A DNA stretch of 63,635 nt, filler included, from Limisphaerales bacterium (GCA_044225505.1; 3 parts of 3 records of this genome joined end to end with filler, not necessarily neighbours in it), one strand, 5' to 3'. Shown: positions 1-10,888, counted from the whole stretch's first letter. Notes: a model not told the origin generated them from the letters alone. Translations and numbers: made by a program.

Positions 1-1
1 C

Positions 2-1486
2 TTCAGCCCGCTCGCGGCAGCGGTCGTCGCTGCAACCTTGCGCTCCGAACGCCTCCTTCGCTGGTGGACCTTGCTCTTTAGTCTAGCGGTCGCGGGCTTC
101 TCTTTGCCTCTCTATTTTCGGTTCAATACCACGACGGCCGACTTTCAATTTGTCGAGCGCGTCCCGTGGGTGCCTTGGTTGCGCATCCAGTGGGATGTGG
201 GTTTGGATGGAATCAGCCTCCTACTGGTCTTGCTGACGACGCTGATCATGCCCCTCTGCGTGCTTTGTTCGTGGCAATACATTCAAAAGCGGATCAAAGA
301 ATTCATGATCTGCCTGCTCGTGATGGAATCCGCCATGATTGGCGTGTTCTCCGCTCTGGATTTCATCCTCTTCTTTATCTTCTGGGAAGCGATGCTCATT
401 CCGATGGCCCTGTTGATCGGGATCTGGGGCGGCCCCCGCAAAGTCTACGCAGCACTCAAGTTCTTCATCTACACAATGGCGGGATCTGTCCTGCTCCTGG
501 TGGCAATCATTGCCCTATTCATGCAGGCCGGAACATTTCATATCCCGGATTTGATGGGCCGCGCCTACAACCAGAACTTCCAATGCTGGGTGTTTCTGGC
601 TTTCGCGATTTCTTTCGCCATCAAAGTGCCAATGTTTCCATTTCATACGTGGCTGCCCGCAGCCCACGTCGAAGCTCCGACTGCGGGCAGTGTCATTCTG
701 GCAAGCATCCTCCTGAAAATGGGAACCTACGGCTTTCTTCGTTTCTGCCTGCCGATCACACCCTACGCAGCGCACGTGTTCATGCCCTGGATGTTGGGCC
801 TATCCGTCGTCGCCATCGTTTACGGCGGGTTCACCGCGCTGGCGCAGAGCGATCTAAAAAAGCTTGTTGCCTACTCCAGTGTGGGGCACATGGGATTCGC
901 CACATTGGGAATATTCGTACTTAACCGAGCCGGCCTAGAAGGCTCCATCCTGGTCATGATCAATCACGGTGTCACCACTGGCGCGCTGTTCATCGGCGTG
1001 GGGATTATTTACGAGAGATTGCATACGCGCGACCTGCAGCAGAGCGCGGGACTCGGTAAATTTATGCCGGTCTTCGCAGCGTTCTTCGGTATCTTTGCCC
1101 TCTCCTCGCTCGCGTTTCCAGGAACAAATAGTTTCATCGGAGAATTTCTCGTCCTCACCGGCGGATTCAGCTGGGCCACCGATCTGGCGCAGACTTGGTC
1201 GACTCGGCTGATGATCCTGATCGTGCCCGGAATTGTCCTGGCGGCGGCCTATAACCTCCGAATGCTGCAGCGAGTGGCTTACGGTGGCACAGAGAACCCC
1301 AAACATACCGGCATTTTAGATCTTGGCTTTCGCGAAGTAGCAACGCTGACACCGCTACTGGTGTTTGTGCTTTGGATCGGACTAAATCCGCAACCGTTCA
1401 CGCGGGTGTTGCACACCAGTGTTGACCATTTGCTCACTCAAGTGCAAACCGCCCACGCTGGCACTTATGCCACAACGAAACCGTGA
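2..1486 (+). CDS. nuoM: NADH-quinone oxidoreductase subunit M (5' end probably outside the window)
   Basis: Hydrophobic ORF with LDGISLLLVLLTT, FFIFWEAMLIPM, KVPMFPFHTWLPAAHVEAPT and LKKLVAYSSVGHMG; the frame is open back to the window start. Confidence 0.92.
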   Translation, partial: FSPLAAAVVAATLRSERLLRWWTLLFSLAVAGFSLPLYFRFNTTTADFQFVERVPWVPWLRIQWDVGLDGISLLLVLLTTLIMPLCVLCSWQYIQKRIKEFMICLLVMESAMIGVFSALDFILFFIFWEAMLIPMALLIGIWGGPRKVYAALKFFIYTMAGSVLLLVAIIALFMQAGTFHIPDLMGRAYNQNFQCWVFLAFAISFAIKVPMFPFHTWLPAAHVEAPTAGSVILASILLKMGTYGFLRFCLPITPYAAHVFMPWMLGLSVVAIVYGGFTALAQSDLKKLVAYSSVGHMGFATLGIFVLNRAGLEGSILVMINHGVTTGALFIGVGIIYERLHTRDLQQSAGLGKFMPVFAAFFGIFALSSLAFPGTNSFIGEFLVLTGGFSWATDLAQTWSTRLMILIVPGIVLAAAYNLRMLQRVAYGGTENPKHTGILDLGFREVATLTPLLVFVLWIGLNPQPFTRVLHTSVDHLLTQVQTAHAGTYATTKP

Positions 1487-1639
1487 CATCCCTGGCGCAG
1501 GCTGGAAGAGGCTCGCGCTGAGCCGCCGCCGCGCGAAGATGCGCGAACCGCGCGAGGAAACCGCTTTTGGGGGAGTGTCAGGAGCCTCGCGTCGGCTTAG
1601 GCCCCAGCTCCGGTGTCACGTTTGAGCAAACTTTGGACT

Positions 1640-3106
1640 ATGGCTTTTTTACCTGAATTGATTCTGGCAGCGGGAGCTCTTGTGCTCTTCATCATTTGCC
1701 TAGGCGAGAGCCAGGCGCGACGAGGGAGATGGGCCGCGACCGGCTTAGCTGGGGCCGTGTTGATCGCGGCAGTCGCAAGCCTCGGACAGCAAGCGGTCCT
1801 CTTTGACGGTGCCTACCGTGTAGACGCCTTTTCCCAATGGCTCAAACTAACTTTCGCTTTTGGATTCCTGCTCATTGTTCTCCTGAATGGCGACCTTCCC
1901 GACATCCAACGAGATGTCAAACCGGAATACCACCTCTTTTTGACGGTCAGCGTGTTGGGCCTGAACACGCTCGTGAGCAGTATCGACCTCGTCACGCTCA
2001 CGATTGGGTTGGAACTCACTTCGTTCCCTCTCTATTTCCTCGTGGCCATGCGCCGAGAACGGAATGGGCAACGGGTCCAGATGGAATCGGCGATAAAATA
2101 TGTAATCTTCGGGATTACGGCCACCGGGACCATGCTTTTTGGGATGAGCTACCTTTACGGACTGACTGGAACCACCTCGCTGCCATTGCTGATGGCGCGT
2201 CTTCAGCCCGCAGTGCATTCGCCATTGGGCATCGCAGGGTTGACTCTGACCTTTGCCGGGTTGCTCTATAAACATGCCGCGTTTCCCTTTCATTTCTGGA
2301 CCCCAGACGTTTACCAGGGCGCTTCCAACGAAACCACTAGCTTCATTGCCTCACTGCCCAAGATCGGCGCCGTCGCCGTCTTGGTGCGTTTAGTCTCCCT
2401 CGCGACACCTGAGAATCAGACCGTGGCACTGCTCCTGACCTGCCTGGCAGCGTGCTCGATGTTTTACGGGAATTTCATCGCACTCATGCAAAAGGACCTC
2501 AAGCGCCTCTTGGGTTTTTCCGGTATTGCCCACGCTGGGTACGCGCTGATCGGTTTTGTGACCCTGGACAACGCCGGATTCACCGCCGCTCTCTACTATA
2601 TCGTCGCTTACTTCTTTATGGTGCTCGCCTGTCTGGTGGTGGTGTCCAATGTCACCACCGACGGAGCCAATGCCATGATGGAAGATCTCGCCGGCCTTCA
2701 TCGACGCTCGCCGTTGCTCGCCCTGACGTTGGTGGTCGGAGTTTTCGCGCTGGCTGGCGTTCCACCGTTCGCTGGATTCATGGGAAAGCTGAGTTTGCTC
2801 AAAGCCGCGCTTGCCAAAGGCCACTTGGCCTTGGTGATCATCGCTGTGGTCAACTCGGCCATCGCTGTTTACTATTATCTCTGCATGATCCGCGAGGCCT
2901 GTTTTCGTGATGACGGTCCTCGGCCCGCCTTGGTCCTGAGCGGCTCGACTCAGGCGGTTTGCGTTCTGCTCATCGCTGGCATTCTCATTCTGGGCGTCGC
3001 TCCTCAATCGGTCTTTGACACCATTTCCGCATCTTACGCAGGCATGCACCTTCCTCTGCCCACGGCCACTGCCGCCACTGGAACAATTCCAACTCCTCTA
3101 TTCTAA
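1640..3106 (+). CDS. nuoN: NADH-quinone oxidoreductase subunit N
   Basis: FPFHFWTPDVYQGA, LKRLLGFSGIAHAGY and LAGVPPFAGFMGK motifs; follows nuoM; ATG 1640 preferred. Confidence 0.9.
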   Translation: MAFLPELILAAGALVLFIICLGESQARRGRWAATGLAGAVLIAAVASLGQQAVLFDGAYRVDAFSQWLKLTFAFGFLLIVLLNGDLPDIQRDVKPEYHLFLTVSVLGLNTLVSSIDLVTLTIGLELTSFPLYFLVAMRRERNGQRVQMESAIKYVIFGITATGTMLFGMSYLYGLTGTTSLPLLMARLQPAVHSPLGIAGLTLTFAGLLYKHAAFPFHFWTPDVYQGASNETTSFIASLPKIGAVAVLVRLVSLATPENQTVALLLTCLAACSMFYGNFIALMQKDLKRLLGFSGIAHAGYALIGFVTLDNAGFTAALYYIVAYFFMVLACLVVVSNVTTDGANAMMEDLAGLHRRSPLLALTLVVGVFALAGVPPFAGFMGKLSLLKAALAKGHLALVIIAVVNSAIAVYYYLCMIREACFRDDGPRPALVLSGSTQAVCVLLIAGILILGVAPQSVFDTISASYAGMHLPLPTATAATGTIPTPLF

Positions 3107-3107
3107 C

Positions 3108-4970
3108 ATGGACAACGGCTGCGCTGATCCCAATGGTCGACGACAACTTCTTGAAGTCCGGGAATCAACGGTCCGGTTCGTCGGCGATTCCGGCGACGGT
3201 ATGCAATTGGTCGGCAGTCAATTTGCCGATCTAGCTTCCCTTTCCGGATCGGCCATCCGAACGATTCCGGATTTTCCTTCCGAGATTCGTGCTCCGGCAG
3301 GAACCCTCGCCGGCGTTAGCGGATACCAATTGAACTTCGGCGACGAAGACATCACCACCCCAGGAGACAACCCATTCGTCTTGGTAGCAATGAATCCGGC
3401 CGCGCTCAAGGTTAGCCTGCCAGACGTGCAAGCGGGCGGGATCATCATTGCCAACGTCGACGAATTTACTCCGGCCAATCTGGCGAAGGCCAAATATGCC
3501 GCCAATCCTCTGGAGGATGGAAGCCTCGTCGGGTATCGCGTGATTCCTGTGGGTATGAGTCAGCTCACAGACGAAGCAACCCGGCCGTCCGGATTGCCAG
3601 GGGTCGAAAGAGCTCGCTGCAAGAACTTTTTCGCCCTCGGAATGGTCCTTTGGCTTTATGACCAGCCGATGCAACCGTTGCTTGAGTGGCTCATGAAGAA
3701 GTTTCTCAAGTCGCCTGCGGTCATGGCTGCCAATGGTGCCAGCTTGCGAGCCGGCTATAATTTTGCCAACACCACCGAGTTGTTCCGCGTCCACTTTCAT
3801 GTCGCCCCGGCGCAACTCGCCAAAGGCCGGTATCGCCGAGTTACTGGAAACGAGGCCATGGCTCTGGGGCTCATCGCGGCTTCATGCCGTGCGGAACGAC
3901 CCATCGTCTATGCCAGCTATCCCATCACGCCCGCGAGTGAGATTCTTCACGAACTCTCCGCCCGGAAGGAGTTTGACGTAAGGGTTTTGCAGTGCGAAGA
4001 CGAAATTGCCGCCTGTTGCGCCGCTATTGGCGCCTCCTTCGCTGGCGCCATCGGTATGACCGGTACGAGCGGCCCTGGGCTCGCCTTGAAAACCGAAGCT
4101 CTAGGCTTGGCGGTGATGACAGAGCTTCCGCTCGTGGTGGTAAATGTCCAGCGCGCCGGTCCCAGCACGGGTATGCCCACCAAGACCGAGCAAAGCGATT
4201 TACTAATGGCTCTCTACGGCCGTCATGGAGAAGCCCCGCTTGCAGTTTTGGCGGCGGCCACCCCCGCTGACTGCTTTACAACCGCGATTGAAGCCGTGCG
4301 AATCGCGACCCGCTACATGACGCCGGTGATCGTTCTGTCCGACAGCTTTCTGGCGAATAGCGCGGAAGCGCTCGCGATCCCGAACGTCGACGCTTTGCCG
4401 GACTTGCGGGTGGCCTCGCCAACCAGTCAGACCAAGGATTTTGCGCCCTACAGCCGTCATCCACAAACGCTGGCGCGTCCGTGGGCTGCTCCAGGAACCG
4501 AAGGTTTGGAACATCGCATTGGCGGGCTGGAGAAACAGGATATCACGGGCATTGTCTCGTACGATTCCGACAACCATCGGCACATGGTTGAGCTGCGCGC
4601 CCGAAAGATCGCGCGCATTGCCGACGACGTTCCGCCTGCCACGGTCCTCGGAGAACCCAAAGGCGACCTTCTGGTCGTCGGTTGGGGCAGCACGCACGGC
4701 GCCATTACAGCAGCGGTCAAGCAAGCTCGCGACGAAGGGCACGCCGTCTCGCACGTGCATCTTCGCTATCTCAACCCACTCCCCCGGAATCTGGGCGAGC
4801 TTCTGCGCAATTTCCGCCATGTTTTGGTTCCCGAAAACAACCTCGGTCAGCTGGCGACCGTCCTGCGCAGCCAGTTTCCGACGGAAATTACCTCGCTGCC
4901 GAAAGTCGAAGGGCGACCCTTTCTAATTCGCGAAATCCGTAACGCAATCGAAGGCATTATCCGAAAATGA
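3108..4970 (+). CDS. korA: 2-oxoacid:ferredoxin oxidoreductase alpha subunit (gamma-alpha fusion)
   Basis: GDSGDGMQ, YPITPASEI, QCEDEIAA, TSGPGLALK, QRAGPSTGMPTKTEQ motifs. Confidence 0.9.
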   Translation: MDNGCADPNGRRQLLEVRESTVRFVGDSGDGMQLVGSQFADLASLSGSAIRTIPDFPSEIRAPAGTLAGVSGYQLNFGDEDITTPGDNPFVLVAMNPAALKVSLPDVQAGGIIIANVDEFTPANLAKAKYAANPLEDGSLVGYRVIPVGMSQLTDEATRPSGLPGVERARCKNFFALGMVLWLYDQPMQPLLEWLMKKFLKSPAVMAANGASLRAGYNFANTTELFRVHFHVAPAQLAKGRYRRVTGNEAMALGLIAASCRAERPIVYASYPITPASEILHELSARKEFDVRVLQCEDEIAACCAAIGASFAGAIGMTGTSGPGLALKTEALGLAVMTELPLVVVNVQRAGPSTGMPTKTEQSDLLMALYGRHGEAPLAVLAAATPADCFTTAIEAVRIATRYMTPVIVLSDSFLANSAEALAIPNVDALPDLRVASPTSQTKDFAPYSRHPQTLARPWAAPGTEGLEHRIGGLEKQDITGIVSYDSDNHRHMVELRARKIARIADDVPPATVLGEPKGDLLVVGWGSTHGAITAAVKQARDEGHAVSHVHLRYLNPLPRNLGELLRNFRHVLVPENNLGQLATVLRSQFPTEITSLPKVEGRPFLIREIRNAIEGIIRK

Positions 4971-6010
4971 GCGCATCTACCACCCCTGCCCCAGCGAACG
5001 TCCCGTTGGAAGCTCCTCGTTCGTTCACACGCCGCGACTTCCAGTCCGCCCAGGAAGTCCGCTGGTGTCCAGGCTGCGGCGACTACGCCATTCTTGCGCA
5101 AGTACAGAAAGTTCTCGCGGGCTTGGGAATCCCTCGGCACCAGCACGTTTTTGTTTCGGGCATCGGCTGTTCGTCGCGGTTTCCCTATTACATGAATACC
5201 TACGGGTTTCACACGATCCATGGGCGCGCCCCGGCGATCGCGACGGGAGTGAAATGCGCGAATCCGGAGCTGACGGTGTGGGTGATCACCGGGGATGGAG
5301 ATGGTCTGTCCATTGGCACCAATCACCTTATCCACGCCTTGCGGCGCAACGTGAATCTCAAGGTCCTTCTGTTCAACAATCGGATTTACGGGCTGACCAA
5401 AGGGCAATATTCGCCGACCTCCGAGTTCGGTAAGCGAACCAAGTCGAGCCCGCTTGGCACAATCGAGGAACCCATCGGACCGGTGCAGATCGCGCTAGCC
5501 GCGCAGGCAAGTTTCGTGGCTCGGGCGCTTTACGCCGATCCGATCCACCTGGGCCAAATCCTCGATGCCGCCGCCCGGCATAAGGGAGCGGCCTTCGTCG
5601 AGATCCTGCAAAACTGCAAAGTCTTCAATGAAGACGCGTTCACTTCGCTGGCGACACGCGCACAAGCGGCCGAAACTCGGATTATGCTGGAAAACGGCAA
5701 GCCGATCGTGTTCGGTGCCAACGGACACAAGGGGCTGGCCGTTCGGAATATGGATCCAGTCATCGTCGACGCTAGCTCAGCCGCCGATGTGTTAGTTCAT
5801 AATACTCACACGAACTCGCCCGCTTTGGCGTCGCTCCTGGCTGAACTCGATCCCCCCCAGTTTCCGACGGCGCTGGGAATCTTCCGCCAGGTGGAGAGGC
5901 CGGTCTATGATCAACTCTTAACCGAGCAGATCCAGTATGCGGTCCAGAAACGGGGCAAGGGCGATTTGCGTGCGCTGCTCAACGCGGGAACCACCTGGTC
6001 CGTCGATTAG
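4967..6010 (+). CDS. korB: 2-oxoacid:ferredoxin oxidoreductase beta subunit
   Basis: WCPGCGD, SGIGCSSR and the TPP-binding GDGDG...NN motif; overlaps the alpha stop codon. Confidence 0.9.
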   Translation: MSASTTPAPANVPLEAPRSFTRRDFQSAQEVRWCPGCGDYAILAQVQKVLAGLGIPRHQHVFVSGIGCSSRFPYYMNTYGFHTIHGRAPAIATGVKCANPELTVWVITGDGDGLSIGTNHLIHALRRNVNLKVLLFNNRIYGLTKGQYSPTSEFGKRTKSSPLGTIEEPIGPVQIALAAQASFVARALYADPIHLGQILDAAARHKGAAFVEILQNCKVFNEDAFTSLATRAQAAETRIMLENGKPIVFGANGHKGLAVRNMDPVIVDASSAADVLVHNTHTNSPALASLLAELDPPQFPTALGIFRQVERPVYDQLLTEQIQYAVQKRGKGDLRALLNAGTTWSVD

Positions 6011-6017
6011 AATCCTT

Positions 6018-7496
6018 ATGCCTGTTAAGGCTCCAGACCGAGCAGAGGCCAACTTGGCCATCTACAGTCTGGACCTGGCCAATCCCGGGGAACCGAAAGA
6101 CACGACTGCCCCCAAGGAAAGGGAATGGCTCGAGCCGCTCTGGCGGCAGAATGCGGTCTGGTTTTGTCAGTTGCGTTGGATTGTGGTCGGAGTGCTCAGT
6201 CTCGCCAGTCTTGTCGGTTGTATGCCGCAGGTTTTGCATCGATTGGGCTGGGTGATTTCGCCGACACTGCCATTGGCCGCGGCGCTTATTCTGACCGCTC
6301 TCAACCTTGCCTTTGGCCGCCTGGCTCGAGCCGATGACACCATGGCGCCGCGTGTCCCGGTGCGTGTCCTTCTCTGGGCGCAAATTGTGACCGACCTCTT
6401 CGTTCTCACCGGCGTAATTCATTGGATCGGTCATGGGTTGACCGCTGCACCTTTCATGTATCTGTTTCATGTCATTCTCGCCTGTGTGTTTTTCTCCCCA
6501 GGCGAAAGTCTGGCGGTGCTGGGCTTGGCGGCGGCGCTGTATCTCGTTTCCGAAGTATCGCACGCTTTCGGGTTATGGAACCAGGGATCGGGACTGCTCG
6601 CGGAGGGAATTCCTCCCTCAGCGGCACCTGGGCTTTCTCGCTTGCCCGAGTTTCTCGTGCCGACGCTACTCATTTGGATCGTCATTTGGTATTTGGTTTC
6701 GCGTCTGGCCAGCAAGCTTCGCTCACGGGACCGGGAATTGTTCGTTACGAACTACCGGTTGCGTGCCAGCATCGAGGAGCGAACGCAGCACATGCTACAA
6801 ACGACGCATCAACTCAAAGCGCCGTTTGCTGCGATTCACGCTCAAAGTCAGTTACTTCTAGGGGAGTACTGCGGCGTCCTTCCGGCCGCAGCCAAAGATT
6901 CCGTCGAGCGAATCTCGGCGCGGTGCCTGGTTCTGGCACGACAGATCCAGGAGATGCTGCAACTGGCTAACCTTCGGTCTCATGGCCAGACGCCTCCTTC
7001 CCGCCGCCGGATCGAGCTCAATGAGTTGCTTGAAGAGTCCATGGCGCGGGTTGAACCGGCCGCGCGCCAGCGCGGTGTGCAATTCCAGAAAGAAATCCAA
7101 CCGGTCACGGTGGAAGGAGTGCAGGACCACCTTACGATGCTGCTGGACAACCTGCTGGTGAATGCCGTGAACTACTCCTATACCAACGGCCGCGTCCAAG
7201 TGACTTGTTGCAGTCCGCTTTCCGGCCGGGCGATCGTGACAATTCGCGACGAAGGAATTGGCATTCCGAAAGAAAAACTGCCGCGTATTTTCGATGATTA
7301 CTATCGCACAGAAGAAGCCGTGGAGCACAACCGCAGTTCGACCGGGCTTGGACTGGCGATCGTGCGGCAGGTTGCCCGGAAGGATGGTGTGCCCGTTACC
7401 GTGGAAAGTGCGCCAGGCTGGGGCACCCGCTTCACGGTTACCGTCCCAGCAGGACCAGAGATCGCCTTCGCCCGACCACTTAACAAAAACAACTAA
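6018..7496 (+). CDS. Membrane-bound sensor histidine kinase
   Basis: Several TM segments, THQLKAP H-box, NLLVNAVNY N-box, DEGIGI and GLGL G-boxes. Confidence 0.88.
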   Translation: MPVKAPDRAEANLAIYSLDLANPGEPKDTTAPKEREWLEPLWRQNAVWFCQLRWIVVGVLSLASLVGCMPQVLHRLGWVISPTLPLAAALILTALNLAFGRLARADDTMAPRVPVRVLLWAQIVTDLFVLTGVIHWIGHGLTAAPFMYLFHVILACVFFSPGESLAVLGLAAALYLVSEVSHAFGLWNQGSGLLAEGIPPSAAPGLSRLPEFLVPTLLIWIVIWYLVSRLASKLRSRDRELFVTNYRLRASIEERTQHMLQTTHQLKAPFAAIHAQSQLLLGEYCGVLPAAAKDSVERISARCLVLARQIQEMLQLANLRSHGQTPPSRRRIELNELLEESMARVEPAARQRGVQFQKEIQPVTVEGVQDHLTMLLDNLLVNAVNYSYTNGRVQVTCCSPLSGRAIVTIRDEGIGIPKEKLPRIFDDYYRTEEAVEHNRSSTGLGLAIVRQVARKDGVPVTVESAPGWGTRFTVTVPAGPEIAFARPLNKNN

Positions 7497-7499
7497 CCT

Positions 7500-7904
7500 A
7501 TGGCCTACTTGCTCGTCGTTGATGATGATCCGGACTTCGCAGCTTCCGTCTCTACCGTGTGTCAAAGCTTGGGGCACGAAGTCTTGACCGTTCATACACC
7601 CGCCGCCGCTTTGACTCAGGTGGATCAACGTCGCCCCGACGGGATTCTCCTCGATGTGATTTTTCCGGAAAACCCAAGTGCCGGGTTCCAACTGGCGCGA
7701 GAATTCCGGCGTCGCTTGGGTAGCATCCCCATCCTGCTGCTGACCGCGGTAAACCAACAGTTCCCGCTCGGTTTCAGTGGCCAAGACATCGACCCGAAAT
7801 GGCTCCCGATTACTGATTTTCTCGAAAAGCCGGTCGACTTTGCCGTCCTTCGGGAAAAAGTCACACATCTGCTCGATCCCAAACCCACATCCTGCACCGG
7901 CTGA
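7500..7904 (+). CDS. Single-domain response regulator receiver
   Basis: LVVDDD, ILLDV, LLTA and FLEKP receiver motifs. Confidence 0.88.
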   Translation: MAYLLVVDDDPDFAASVSTVCQSLGHEVLTVHTPAAALTQVDQRRPDGILLDVIFPENPSAGFQLAREFRRRLGSIPILLLTAVNQQFPLGFSGQDIDPKWLPITDFLEKPVDFAVLREKVTHLLDPKPTSCTG

Positions 7905-7954
7905 ACTGATCCTCATGCCTTTCGTTCCGGGCATGGCCAAACTCCCCTCCAGCC

Positions 7955-9430
7955 ATGAACACCAAACATGAAGACCTAACGCACGAACTCCGACCGGAAA
8001 CGCGCAGCAAATTCGCCTGGTTTTTGCTCGACCGCCAGGACCCGCCGAAACGCTCCGCCAAAGAGCGTGTCGCGGATTTCCTGGAAATTACGTCTGGACT
8101 GGACGAGACCACGGCTCGCGAGCAAGCAAGCCGTTGCATCCAATGTCCAGAACCGATGTGCCGTAAAGGCTGCCCGCTCGCCAACCGCATCCCAGAATGG
8201 ATGGCTCTCACGGCGGAGGGGCACTTCCTCGAGGCAGCTGAAATCTCCAATCTAACGAGCAACATGCCCGAAGTCTGCTCGCGAATTTGTCCCCAAGAGC
8301 GGCTCTGTGAAGGGTCCTGCATTCTCAACGGCAAATCCGAACCGGTCTCTATCGGTGCCCTGGAACGTTTTATTAACGAATATGCCTTTGCCCATGGAGC
8401 TCTGCACGGAGTCCGAGTGCTGCCGAACGGTTTCCGAGCCGCGGTGATTGGGTCGGGTCCGGGAGGTTTGGCGTGTGCCGACGAACTCGCCAAACTCGGC
8501 TACACGGTGACGGTCTATGAAGCTCAAGTTCTGCCCGGAGGTCTTCTCGTCAACGGCATTCCTGCGTTCAAACTGGAGAAGACAATTGTCGGTCGCAGGA
8601 TGGAGCTCCTGAAGGAACGAGGCGTCGAGTTTCGCGTCGGTATCAAGGTGGGGCGAGACATCGCTCTTCGAGAGTTACTCGAGCAGTATGACGCGGTCTT
8701 TTTGGGCTTCGGCGCCCTGCAAGCGAAAGCATTGGACGTTCCTGGCGCACATTTAGCCTCGGTCTACCAAGGGCTGCCATTTCTCATTCAAAAAAACGTC
8801 CCAGGGGCTCTGGAAAGCCCGCCAATCGACGTTACCGGCCGCCGCGTGGTGGTCCTAGGGGGTGGTGACACGGCCATGGATTGCTTACGCACTGCCATCC
8901 GTTGCGGTGCCGCTGAAGCAGTCTGCCTGTACCGGCGCGACCTCGCTAACATGCCGGGCAGCCGCAAAGAATACCAATCGGCGCTGGAGGAGGGGGCGCA
9001 ATTCAAGTTTCTGACCTGCCCAATCTCCGTGCACGGCGACAGTGCGGGGCATGTGTCCCACGTCCGTTGCGTCCGCATGGAACTCGGCGCCCCAGACAAT
9101 ACCGGACGGCGCAAACCGGTTGCGGTCCCTGGCTCCGAATTTGACCAACCCGCCGACGTGCTGCTGATAGCGTATGGGTTCGACCCCGTGCCGTTCCCGC
9201 CGGAGAGTGACCTTGGCCAGATCAAATCCGCCGAGTGGGGCGGCGTCATCGTCGATGAAAACCAAATGACGAGTGTCCCCGGAGTTTTCGCAGGGGGCGA
9301 TCTTGTGCGCGGCCCCAGCTTGGTGGTTCATGCTGTGCGAGACGGGAGGAAAGCCGCGCGGGCGATTCACAAATACTTGGGAGACCGCAAACCGAAGCGG
9401 CCGGTGATTGTGGAATCGGTTCCGGAATGA
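7955..9430 (+). CDS. GltD/SudA/NfnB-like NAD(P)H-dependent Fe-S flavoprotein
   Basis: RCIQCPEPMCRKGCP, CSRICPQERLCEGSC, GSGPGG, GGGDTAMD and FAGGD; no gltB nearby. Confidence 0.85.
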   Translation: MNTKHEDLTHELRPETRSKFAWFLLDRQDPPKRSAKERVADFLEITSGLDETTAREQASRCIQCPEPMCRKGCPLANRIPEWMALTAEGHFLEAAEISNLTSNMPEVCSRICPQERLCEGSCILNGKSEPVSIGALERFINEYAFAHGALHGVRVLPNGFRAAVIGSGPGGLACADELAKLGYTVTVYEAQVLPGGLLVNGIPAFKLEKTIVGRRMELLKERGVEFRVGIKVGRDIALRELLEQYDAVFLGFGALQAKALDVPGAHLASVYQGLPFLIQKNVPGALESPPIDVTGRRVVVLGGGDTAMDCLRTAIRCGAAEAVCLYRRDLANMPGSRKEYQSALEEGAQFKFLTCPISVHGDSAGHVSHVRCVRMELGAPDNTGRRKPVAVPGSEFDQPADVLLIAYGFDPVPFPPESDLGQIKSAEWGGVIVDENQMTSVPGVFAGGDLVRGPSLVVHAVRDGRKAARAIHKYLGDRKPKRPVIVESVPE

Positions 9431-9540
9431 CGCCAACGCTGGGCCGCGAAGAGCGCGGCACCATCCGGCGGTCAGACCTCGGGCCATCGCGCCCGAGGGA
9501 GATCTGCCGCAGTGTCTCTGTTGATCCCACGAGAGCGGGA

Positions 9541-10713
9541 TCACAGCAGAGCATTCCACGACTCGAGCAGGATCGATCCGCTTGGAAGGACGAGGTAGAA
9601 CCTTAGGAAGCCGAAGACCGAATCCGCTTGCATTTGGTAAGTTCCAAAGGCCTGCCCATTTTTTCGAACTTCCCCGGAAGCTTTCCAATAGGTGTCGATG
9701 CTAGAAGGTTTTCCTTCCTTGAACGACTTCTGCTTAGTCACTCCCACCCATTGATAAGTGTCCGCTCCAAGAGTGAGCGTATTGTTGATCCAATCCTGGT
9801 CGGCCGAGGCAGATTCGGTGCGTGAACCGCCACCAAGATCTGTCCGAGTGACAATCATCTCAAACCGGCGGCGCTGATCCACAGTCAATTGCATTTGGGG
9901 AGCTGTGAGCGTGCCCGTCATGCGATAGTCGTTCAGGTAGGAAGAGCCGCTGGTGTCGATCTCGAACCGATAGTCGCCATTGAGCGCCAAATCAGCCGCG
10001 TAGGTCACATTGCTGATCGTGATTGAACCCCGAACGCTCGCGCGAAAGCTCGGCGAACCAGTCCCCACGTCTGAGGTAAAGGTCATGTCTCCGACACCAG
10101 GCGAGACCACGCGGTAGTCAAAGTTGTGATTGCGCTGCAAGAAGGTCGCAGCGTCGACCGAAAAATCGCCCTGCATACGTGTAACGTAAAAAGAAAGATT
10201 TGTTCCCGTGACAAACCGCACCGTTAATCGATCGGCTGGCGAAGGGGCATAGCTCCAAACCGCGCCTTGCTGAGTCAGTGTGCCCGTGCTCACGAGCTGT
10301 TGGCCGTTTGCGCCCAACTGACTGGCGAGAAAGACCGCGTTGGCGCAAATCTCACCACTTTGTTCCCCCAACTGCGCGGCCGCTTTGGGGAGGTTGTCCC
10401 CGTTGAGAAGCAGGCTCGGCCCGGGCGCATTGGTCTTCGAACTCGCTGCCAAGCGGTAAAACTGTTGCGGATGGTTTGCTGCTTCCGGGTCTGACCATTC
10501 CATCGCACCCAAGATCGCATCCAAATTGGTTCGTGCTCGCCATGGCCCGGACGCGAGATGGGCCGACTGAACTTCGTAAACGCGCTCGGCTTCGGCCGTC
10601 CAGCGGACGGTCAATCGGTCCTTCTCGCGCGCGGCGGTCGAGATCCGGATTTCGTTAGCGTGAACGCTAAGAAAAAAGCCAACGCCCAAACCTAGCAGGA
10701 CCCAACATTTCAT
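9541..10713 (-). CDS. Secreted hypothetical protein
   Basis: 390-aa ORF with a signal peptide, followed by a YEVQS..L...W...FYRL domain. Confidence 0.7.
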   Translation of the reverse strand: MKCWVLLGLGVGFFLSVHANEIRISTAAREKDRLTVRWTAEAERVYEVQSAHLASGPWRARTNLDAILGAMEWSDPEAANHPQQFYRLAASSKTNAPGPSLLLNGDNLPKAAAQLGEQSGEICANAVFLASQLGANGQQLVSTGTLTQQGAVWSYAPSPADRLTVRFVTGTNLSFYVTRMQGDFSVDAATFLQRNHNFDYRVVSPGVGDMTFTSDVGTGSPSFRASVRGSITISNVTYAADLALNGDYRFEIDTSGSSYLNDYRMTGTLTAPQMQLTVDQRRRFEMIVTRTDLGGGSRTESASADQDWINNTLTLGADTYQWVGVTKQKSFKEGKPSSIDTYWKASGEVRKNGQAFGTYQMQADSVFGFLRFYLVLPSGSILLESWNALL

Positions 10714-10859
10714 ATCGCAGGATAGAGCCCACGGACATCGCCAGCCTACCTATTTGGACCGTCGCTGTCGAGCTTCTGCGTTTCGGCCAACGGGATCGTG
10801 CGGCCGGTTGAACGCCACCGGCGCGGCCTTCCACATCGGACGGAGAGTTGCCGTTCGAA

Positions 10860-10888
10860 TTGACTTTTGGTATTGGAAAAGTTAAGAC
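10860..10888 (+). promoter_or_regulatory. Putative sigma70 promoter of the M4 peptidase gene
   Basis: TTGACT-N17-TAAGAC, about 40 nt before ATG 10928. Confidence 0.4.
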
